DNA of 64,000 bases, from NCBI GenBank assembly GCA_964016885.1, contig OZ024740.1, forward strand, positions 84,568,001 to 84,632,000, in the 5' to 3' direction. The notes beneath the pieces are model-generated. The model was not told the origin of the DNA. It made no database searches and saw nothing but the letters and a program-made list of their open reading frames with translations. The stretch comes from Eledone cirrhosa (taxonomy: Eukaryota). Shown piece after piece: positions 13,685 to 30,702 of this stretch (position 1 is the first letter of the stretch; each line of letters starts with the position of its first letter). The translations under genes and the position numbers were made by a program.

Positions 13685-16100
13685 TCTTCTGGTTTTATAA
13701 TTTCACAAATGCTTGCCGATAGAGTCGGTTTCTAACAAAGACACGAGACTCTCATTGGAATTTATACAACATCAACTAGGTAGATATGTCTGCATGTCTA
13801 CATGTGTAGATATGGTTGTTATTGTATGTGTGGATGTGGATGTTTTGAGTTGTATGTGCGCATGTGTATATGCTTTGAATCTGTACATGTGTATATGCAG
13901 TTATTAGATCCAAAATTTTTGGAATGTTTTACATATTTTTACTGTTCCATTAATGGATTGTACTTGTAGTTTCCTAACTAGTTGTGTTCTTTCTGTTCCT
14001 GTGAAGCCTAGCTTCTCAAGATTTGTATTGAGGCAGTTACTAACATATCCCAATGCCCCAATAATCACAAGCATAAATCTGAAGGTGTAATCAGGGTGGA
14101 GTATCTGCAGATTTCTCATCAGTTCTGCATCAATATTCTCCTTTTCGCTAATCTTTGATATTATATTGGCATCTGCTGGGCAGCTAACTTCCACTACTGT
14201 GCATGCTTACTTCTCCCTGTCCCATATCATAATATCTGGTCTGTTATGCCTGCATTTTATTGGGGTTTTTACTGGAACATTCCACCAGTACTCTTTCATA
14301 TTATGTACATGGATGTCTTCCACATTGCTGTAGCTTTTAATGTGTTTATTATCGGGGCTATCTTTTTTACGAACTGCATCGTACAGTGTTTTGTCCACTA
14401 CATCATGCCTCATAGGTAGATAGTACCGCGATGACATCTTTGGACAGCTGCTGATGACATGGGTGACATCCTCGATGTTAGTTCTGCAGAGTCTGCACTT
14501 GTTATCACATTTAGGTGTTTTTCCTGCATCCCTATCTCTTTTGTGAATCAGATATTTCGTGTTAATCTCCTGTTCTTGGATTGCAAAAGCGTATCCTTCA
14601 AAGTGGGAGCCAATATAGCAGTTGTTGGTCCAAGATAGACTACTTTCCTTATCTATATTACTCTCACTCTGGAGCTTCCTGACAAGATATCCATGCATGA
14701 TTTTTTGCTGATAAGCATGCAGTTTTTCATCCATGGATTCACTGCGATACTGCTGAGCGACTTCCCTGGGTGTGAGTTTTTGATTATCACACAGGGAATA
14801 TCTCTCGATGAGTTCCTTCCCAACTCTCATGATCTTATCTGTTTCGTGCAGATAGATTTGCTCGAGAAACGGGCTCCTACGCTTCGAGGTTTGTAGATGT
14901 TGTCGGAGAGATATGATGCGACATTCAAATGTTGTCTGGACTGATGTTAGGCCTCTACCTCCATGCTTAAGTTTCAAGTAAAGGCGGTCTATGTCACTGT
15001 TGATGTGGAAGTTTCCGGTGTTGTTCAGTATTTTTTCGAGTTCCAACATCAACTGCTCGGATTTCGACTATCGTCCTATTGAGTATTCCAAACGTTGGTG
15101 TTAGGATAGGCACAGCAAACACATTGTGATCCACTGTTTTGTTTTGCGCAGAGAATTCCGATGACCAGATCTTTCTTAATCGGGTGTAGTATTCCCTGGA
15201 TACGCGTTCTTTATTACAGATACCATTATAGGATATGTTCTCATCTATCCCCAGGTATCTGTAGCAGTGCTCATCAGATATCGGTGAAACTGTTAGGCCA
15301 TTGATGACAATGTTGCTAGATTGGGTTGTTGTTTTTCCCCGCTTTGCAGTCATGTATGAGCATTTATCTTGGCCAAACTCCATTCCTATATCCTTTGAGA
15401 ACGTTGTAACCAGGTCAATATTTTTCTTCATCCCATCCATGTTCTTGGCATAGTGTTTCAGATCATCCACAAAGAAATATGGGTTAGGTTCGTATTTCTG
15501 TCTTCCTATGAGTCAATGATGTATCCTTCACATTTCTTGAGCAGAAAGGACAAGGGGTTTAATGACAAGATGAATAATATCACAGAGAGACTGTCCCTGA
15601 AATATACCCCTGCAATATTTTATTTTATCAGTGAAAATAGAGTCCTCCCTCTCTGCCTTTAACCTTAGGATAGTAGCCCAAGGAGAAGACAGCCTCTCTA
15701 TGGCTCTGACAATAATGTCTGGGACTTTAGCAAGTTGGAGGGCCTCTATCATCCAAGAGTGGGGAACAGAATCGAAAGCTTTCCTGTTGTTCAGCCAGAC
15801 TGTAGCCATATTCCTCCTAAGTTGTCGCACCTCCGACATCGCAGTTTTGTTGATTAGGAGTTGTTCAGCACATCCCCAAACCCCTTTCTTTCCAGCTGCT
15901 GTTTGGTTACGTCTGAATCTTTTATTAAGCACTTTTCTCTCATCTACCTTCTTCAGGTATCGGCGTTTTTCGCTACCAGCTCTCAATTATTGTTTGAGGG
16001 TGATCAGCTTATATTGAAGAGTTCTGGTTCTACTGTTTACCAAATATCGTCTCTATTTTATTTTTCACTCTTTGTTGGTGAGGAGTGAGGTTTTTTTGTG
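13685..16100 (-). mobile_element. R4/Dong-like RLE retrotransposon (family 3), decayed and internally deleted, 3' end at (CATA)n/(CA)n
   Basis: Motifs GCAEQLLINK, KAFDSVPH, GIFQG, FVDDLK, CRLC...H...C, RHD and NRPDIMIWD...EVSCP. Confidence 0.82.
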
Positions 16101-16184
16101 TTTGTTTGCATGTAAGGAGCATTAAATCACATATCCTATGGTCTTTCGTAGGTCAACAATCTTTTTTTCTATTTTAGTTATATA

Positions 16185-16620
16185 CTAGCAGAGGTACCCG
16201 GCGTTGCTCGGGTATTAAATAGCAGTTGTGTATACCATTTATGTCAATACTTCAGTGCTGCTTCGAAAACTATACTTTTACAAAATCATCGGCTTTTTCA
16301 AAAAGGGGGTTCCTGCCCCCAGGGGTCCCCTACTCAATATGTGCCAAATCTGAGAGTTCACATTCATCTGTAGGACAAACGTAGCCCATGTGTCAAGTTT
16401 TGTGAAAATCGGTTGCGAACTCCAGAAGTTATGACGTTTTGTCGCATTGCACTGCAGTACTTCAGTCGACTCCAAGGAAGTGGTTAAAGGGGGTCATCTG
16501 CCGGGAGGCCCTATAATCAATATCTGGAAAAATGAAAGTGCCCATGACCATCCGGAGTACATAAGTAACCTATGTCTTAAGTTTGGTGAAAATACTGTAG
16601 AAATGCAAGAAGTTTATACA
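16185..16620 (-). mobile_element. Non-autonomous Helitron-like element, 3' end
   Basis: On the minus strand, hairpin TACCCGAGCAACGCCGGGTA (16195-16214) is followed by CTAG|T at 16185. The other boundary is uncertain. Confidence 0.7.
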
Positions 16621-16624
16621 TACG

Positions 16625-16806
<182 letters not shown>

Positions 16807-17258
16807 CGTATGTATGTGTATGTCCGTCGGGGTATACGTATGTACTGGCCTAAATCTTCACTATTTACTTTTACTATTTTAATAACCTCTGTCATTTTCG
16901 TTTTCAATTTTATTTACATCATTCTTAAACTCCGGGGCTGGAAATCATTCTGTTATTTTAAATTGAATATTAGTCTAACGACTCCATTTATACCGTAAAC
17001 TTGGTCTTGTCTTTGCATGAAATTGTTCTTCTCGGTCCACATAACGACGTATTATCCTTGCTTTTTTTCCGTTCATTACCAGGGAACGTCTTCACGAACC
17101 AAAATATCGTCTTCCTGTTTTCCTTCGGTTGCAATGTTTCTCGAAATATTTACTTCTGCGTTCACAGATTAAATTTTTTAGTTTCAGAAGATCCCGTTAA
17201 TGTTGAAAGCAGCGATTCTTTGCTTAAACTTTAACCTGTTCTTATAACATATATATAT

Positions 17259-17261
<3 letters not shown>

Positions 17262-17331
<70 letters not shown>
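17262..17331. repeat. (GA)n microsatellite
   Basis: Read directly from the sequence. Confidence 0.95.
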
Positions 17332-17335
<4 letters not shown>

Positions 17336-17574
17336 TTTGTATGGCTTTTGGAGGAAGGAGTGACCAGTAGTACGTTGTTCGGTATTATTACAAAAAGGTG
17401 TAGCAGAGAATCCCGCGTGAACTAACAGCTCGGGAGGAAACTGCTTACCTCGAAGATTCATTTGCCATCGTTCTTGTCAACGCTTTACTTGGTATTTGTT
17501 GGTCTACAGTCAGATGAATGGCGCACAAAGGGTTAATGTTTATTGGCAAGAAGTTTTTTGGATAATAAAAGACA

Positions 17575-18981
17575 GGTTAAAGCGACCTACAATGAGGCCT
17601 GCCTCAGCCGAGCCCCCGCTGCCTACCCGCTGGCCTACCTGTCATATGGAGCCCCGAGCATGCTCCTAGCTGCTTATATGGTCATAACCTCGGCTACTGG
17701 GGTCCAACAGGGCGACCCTTTGGGGCACCTCCTGTTCGCCCTTGGTATTGACCACATCGCCCGGAGTATCACGGCCCTTTCAACGTTTGGTATCTGGATT
17801 ATGCTACGTTGGGCGGGCTCGTACGGACGGTCTGCCATGACATTCAATCAGTGGCCCCTGCCCTGGCGCGAATCGGCCTCCAGGTCAACTCGGCCAAGTC
17901 GGAGGTGGTGAACGTCAGCCTCAATGCTACGAGCTTTGCAGCCTCCGTCTTGGACGCGCGGTCCGTTCCCCGCCAGGTTCAGGTGACCCCAAAGAGGATG
18001 TCCTCATCCTCGGGTCACCGATCCACCCGCCGGCCATCCGCTCCACCATCAGGTCCAGGCTTCAACAGCTCCAGACTCTCACGAGCCGACTGGGCTTGAT
18101 TGACGGCCACCCAGCTCTCTTTCTGCTGAGGAACTGCTTCGCTATTCCGAAGTTCCTCTATACACTCTGCAGCGCTCTATGCTACACCCAGACATCTCTC
18201 CTCGCTGACCTCGATACTTGTATCCGAGCAGCAGCCGAGGGGATATGCAACGTCAAGTTTGACGACATAGGGTGGCAACAGGCCACTTTACCGGTCAGGT
18301 ATGGCGGCCTTGGCCTCCGGTCCCCGATCTCACTAGCTTTGCCGGCGTATCTTTCATCGGTAACTTCGTGCCGCGTCCTCGTCAGCAGGGTTCTTCAAAA
18401 CACAACAGAACCCTCTGTGTTCAGAGAACGTGAGGCCGCCTGTGACACGTGGGACCTTCTGGGACTTAGCCCAGTAGACGTCCCTCCTCCTTCTCCCCCT
18501 GTTGACGTCAAGTTCCCCCAACGCACTTGGGTTGCCATCCAGTGCAGCTTGGCCTCAGACAGGCTCACGCGCCAGCTCGACCAGCACCACCTTGCTTGTT
18601 TTCGTGCGGTCTCCAAACCCCACAGTGGTGCCTGGCTCCATGCCCTGCCCTCCTTCTCCACTGGCACGCAGCTAGACAACCATAGCCTGCGAATCGGCGT
18701 TTCCCTGAGGCTCGGCCTCCGGATCTGCCAGCCACACCAATGTCGCTGCGGTTGCACCGTGGACTCTTTCGGCCTCCACCCGCTTTCCTGTCTCCACAGT
18801 GCCGGCCGCATTCCACGCCATGCTCCCCTCAACGAGGTCATTAAGTATGGCTTAGACGCTGCAGGCTTCCCTTCCCAGCTCGAGCCGGTGGGGCTGGATC
18901 GAGGGGACGGCAAAAGGCCAGATGGCATGATAATCTTCCCGTTCCGCGGTGGCAAATCCCTCGTCTGGGATGCCACTTGCA
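17575..18981 (+). mobile_element. CRE-clade RLE non-LTR retrotransposon fragment (RT C-half, zinc finger, RLE)
   Basis: Motifs GVQQGDPLG, VWYLD(Y), QATLPVRYGGLG, SGAWL, CRCG...H...C, RH...N and KRPDG...VWDATC. The fragment is GC-rich, frameshifted and truncated at both ends. Confidence 0.8.
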
Positions 18982-19010
18982 CCGCCTTAGATATATATAT
19001 ATATATATAT

Positions 19011-19452
19011 CTAAGGCGGGTAAAATTCCCGAGATCGATGGACGAGTTCTCTCCAGCGGCCTCTGTCCCTCATTATCGCTGCCATGTCCTGCGTCTCCAA
19101 CAGACCAGTGTCTGTCCTTAGGGCATCAACATACGTTAACCTTGGTCTTCCTCTTCTAGTGTGTCCATGTAGAGGCTCCCAAAGGAGCACTGAGTGCAAT
19201 GTCAACTCTGGATGTCGGTGAGCATGTCCAGCTAACCTCAGTCTCCTCTGTGTCACTTTTGAGCTGACTTTTGCTGTAGTGGAGTCTGTGCTGCTGTATG
19301 GGTCTGAGACTTGGACACTGACCAAGAAACTCACTCAGATGGTGGATGGGTGCTACACGAGAATGTTGAAGATGACTCTTAACATTAATCAGTATACACT
19401 GAGGATGAAAAACTCAGAGCTGTATGGGAGCATCCCAAAAGTCAGCTCAAAA

Positions 19453-19456
<4 letters not shown>
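19011..19456 (-). mobile_element. RTE-clade LINE 3' fragment with a 5' inversion, set in (TA)n
   Basis: Plus strand 19273-19456 encodes VESVLLYGSETW...KVSSKV. Minus strand 19272-19011 continues [16 protein letters not shown]...GRPRLTY...PP*. (TA)n lies on both sides. Confidence 0.8.
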
Positions 19457-19502
<46 letters not shown>

Positions 19503-19505
<3 letters not shown>

Positions 19506-19622
19506 AGGCGTGTGGCTGAGTGGTTAGAGAATTGGATTCGCAATCGTGAGGTTGTGAGTTCAATTCCTGGACCGGGCGATGCGTTATGTCCTTGAGCAAG
19601 ACACTTTATTTCACGTTGCTCC
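19503..19622 (+). mobile_element. tRNA-derived SINE, second family, 5' part
   Basis: A box TGGCTGAGTGG, B box GAGTTCAATTCC, then TCCTTGAGCAAGACACTTTATTTC. Homologous to 51338-51657. Confidence 0.75.
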
Positions 19623-19804
19623 TTCTACCTGGAGTTGCGACCGATAGATAGTATTAGCAATTGGAAAGACCAACGGAAACATTGTTTCCTCGGTCCGATT
19701 TGACGAAAGTCGATCGTCCCTAATAAAAATGTTTAAAAAAATATATATATATATGTGTGTGTGTGTGTATGTATGTATATATATATATATAAATATATAT
19801 GTAG

Positions 19805-20135
19805 AGGTTATATTTAATTTGTTGGTTTACAACAAGCTAAAAATATTTTTATAACTGATATAAAGCACTCAACAAATTATTGGAGTAAATATACAATATA
19901 TTAACAAATGGAAACTATATTTATAAAACCATATTTAGTTTAGATATCCAGGAAGCTCCAACCGTTAAGGTTGCATTTTTTCAAGGTATGTCAATATTTA
20001 TTTATAAAACTAATCTGTATTGTATTTTATCTGATGAAAGCGCACCATAATTTGTCTTGGTGGCCCTTGAAATATGTATAATAAAATAAATATGGTTTTA
20101 TAAATATAGTTTCCATTTGTTAATATATTGTATAA
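19805..20135. mobile_element. Penelope-like pLTR remnant in inverted arrangement, flanked by (TA)n
   Basis: About 19890-19937 is the inverse of about 20087-20133. Both are homologous to 58260-58510, and the remnant contains a hammerhead motif. Confidence 0.65.
20023..20088 (+). ncRNA. Minimal type I hammerhead ribozyme (PLE type)
   Basis: Stem I TATTTTAT/ATAAAATA, core CTGATGA (20031-20037), imperfect stem II, GAAA (20069-20072), a very short stem III and an AUA triplet. Confidence 0.72.
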
Positions 20136-20248
20136 ATATATATGTGTGTGTATATATATACATATATTTTTGTGTATATTTATATATCTGCATATGTGTA
20201 TATCTATATATGTGTATATGTGTATATCTATATATGTGTATATGTGTT

Positions 20249-20317
<69 letters not shown>

Positions 20318-20340
20318 ATATATACATATACAAACACATA

Positions 20341-20388
<48 letters not shown>

Positions 20389-20399
20389 TGTGTGCGCGT

Positions 20400-21822
20400 G
20401 TCTGTGTGTGAATGTAGCGAAGATAATACGTCAGAATGACGTTATGCAGACATCTAGGCATACAGACAGATATTATAAGAGCGCGACGGAGATGGATAAC
20501 CGGCGCCTAACACCCTTTAACAACAGAAATTGAAAAAAAAAAGCGGCAGTTAATATCTTTAGACCGCAAGGAATATATAAATGCAAGTTTGAAGTCAATA
20601 GGAGTAGAGATATGGATTTGTATAGACTTTGCAAAAATGAGTACACACAGACAGCACCAGTTTTATATATATAGACTAGCAGAAATCCACCCCTGGGCGG
20701 TTTTCTACTAGTCTATATATCTAAAACAGAGAATGTCTGTCTGTCTGTCAGCTCACTAAAACTTGAGAACCATCCAACCGATTGTTTTCAAACTTTAGAC
20801 ATGTAATACTTATGGTCTTGTGAGTGTTTTGAGCAAAAATGATTTCAAATTTTCAATGCCCTAGGAACCGCATTAGGCGATTTAGCGTTCTCTCTATATA
20901 ATTCTTAGTCTTTCTTTTTAGATAGATACATAGATATAACGTTGCGCCCTTATAATATCTGTCTGTATGTCTGGCTGTCTGCATTACGTCATTATGACGC
21001 GCTCAGTGTGTGTGTGTATATATATATGTATCGTAATGCAGACAGCAAGACATAGCTTTCCTTCCCCTCTTCCAGCGTCTCTCTCTCTCCCTCCCGCTAT
21101 CCCCCTCTTGTAGTCTGTCTCTTTCTTTCACTCTCACTCTCTCTCTCTACGCGTCGGACAGACAGACAGAGAAATTGCTGGTTATATATTATAAGGAGAC
21201 TAGCAGAAAACCACCCGGTGGGCGGTTTTCTGCTGGCAAATCTAGTGTATATACTGATATTGTTGAGATTTGGATGAGAAATCTTTTCGGCACCACATGT
21301 TCACCGTCTCTCGGTGTGTCTTTTATGCATGTATAAATATATATGTTATCTATACAGTGAAATCTTTGAAATAAATATATGTTAAAACGAGAAAAAGAGA
21401 TTAGTGACGGAAATATAAACGTTATGATACATAAACGTTATGATATAACGATGGAAATATATAAACGTTTACGATAAAACGATGGGAATAAAAACTTTTA
21501 TATATAATGATAAGCCGAAGCACTCGTAAGCCGAAACACTCGTAAGTCGAAACACTCGTAAAGCGAAACGTATAAATAAAGATTAATGTAATGAATTTGA
21601 AAAGCATAGAGATTTGAAACCGCGTCTATTTGTTTCCTTGGCATTTTTTACAGACGGACAGACAGACAAACAAACAGAGAAATGCCCATTATATATTATA
21701 AGTAGATGAATTTGAAAAGCATAGAGATTTGAAACCGCGTCTATAGGTGTGTAAATTTCAGACGGACAGACAGACAGACAAACAAACAGAGAAATGCCCA
21801 TTATATATTATAAGTAGACTAT

Positions 21823-21850
<28 letters not shown>
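20400..21850. mobile_element. Cluster of non-autonomous Helitron-like elements and termini
   Basis: TC(TA)n...(TGTC)n 5'-type ends at 20675(-), 20712(+), 21199(-), about 21707(-) and 21819(-). Hairpin plus CTAG 3'-type ends at 20676-20711, 21200-21245 and 21823-21846. Confidence 0.65.
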
Positions 21851-29439
<7,589 letters not shown>

Positions 29440-29796
29440 AGGTGCCAGATTCTAATGGTTAAAACCTGTTAAATAATTATAGCACAAACATATATATACG
29501 AGGATCTCCCACACAGATTCCCACATGTATGATATAAAAACACTTGCCTAAATCCACTTCCAACGCGATGCTTTCTCTGGTCGAAATGGTTTCAATGTGA
29601 ACTTCTTAACTACGGAAACATTACACGCAATCATGATTATCATGTTTTAAAATTTACAAAATTATAAAAGCGTAAATTAGAAGATAAAATGTTTACCTCA
29701 AACCAAAAGGTGTAAACTTTGTTTCAAAGCCAGAAGAGATCAGTGCTCGAGAATTCTATTAAAATACATTCTAAAAATTTCTTTAAAGAACATTTA

Positions 29797-29955
29797 TAAT
29801 TGTTTCTACTTTTGGCCCAAGGCCAGCAATTATCCAGTGCATTACTGGTACTTTATTTTATCGACCCCGTAAGGATGAAAAGCAAAGTTAACCTCGGCGG
29901 GATTTGAACTCAGAATGGCAAGGGCCGTAACTCTATGCGTCAAAGCATGGCGTCC
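29797..29955 (-). mobile_element. ATT-tailed SINE, 5'-truncated
   Basis: Matches the family body and 3' end. Confidence 0.82.
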
Positions 29956-30370
29956 TTAATAATCTAGAAGAATCACTTTAGCGTGAAATTATCGAACATA
30001 GATTTTCATTCTATAGATTAAATTTTTTTTCCATTTTTGTATGCGTATAATGCGTGTGTTTACTTACATGGACGTAGTATAGTCAAATGTTTAAGACGTT
30101 TGTTTCACTATAAAAAGGTACTGAGTTCGATCTATGGGTAGTATATTAGGCACGTGGTATTTAATGTTTTGGTGTTAATCAGCCACTCCACGCCTCCATT
30201 GTGCTCTTTTCCTACACTCTAAACATCACTCCAAAACTTATTACTTTTATCCGCATCAGGGATTAAATCACCATTCCTAACCATGCCATTTAGGAATGAT
30301 AATTTACTCCTTGATGCAGATGAAAGTAACAAGTTTTGGAGTGATATCTAGAGCGTAGGAAAAGAAGCGT

Positions 30371-30702
30371 TGCCTTTCATCCTTACGAGGTCGATAAAAT
30401 AAAGTACCAGTAATACACTGGGGTCGATTTAATCGACTTTCCCTTTCCCAAAAAATTGTTGGCCTTGTGCCTAAAGTAAAAACAATTATTATTATCATTA
30501 TTATTATGACAGTGGATTGGCAGTATCGGTAGAGGGTCAGATGCCATGCTTTGACGCATAGAGTTACAGCCCTTGCCATTCTGAGTTCAAATCCCGCCGA
30601 GGTTAACTTTGCCTCGCATCCTTACGGGGTCGATAAAATAAAGTACCAGTAATGCACTGGGTAATTGCTGGCCTTGTGCCAGAAGTAGAAATAATTATTA
30701 TT
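30371..30702 (+). mobile_element. Two head-to-tail ATT-tailed SINEs (3' fragment 30371-30507, near-full copy 30508-30702)
   Basis: A box TGGCAGTATCGG and B box GAGTTCAAATCC in the second copy. Each copy ends GGCCTTGTGCC...(ATT)n. Confidence 0.87.

Noticed and set aside
30508-30600. tRNA genes at A/B-box sites
   Set aside because: No cloverleaf is evident and the boxes continue into a SINE body and tail.
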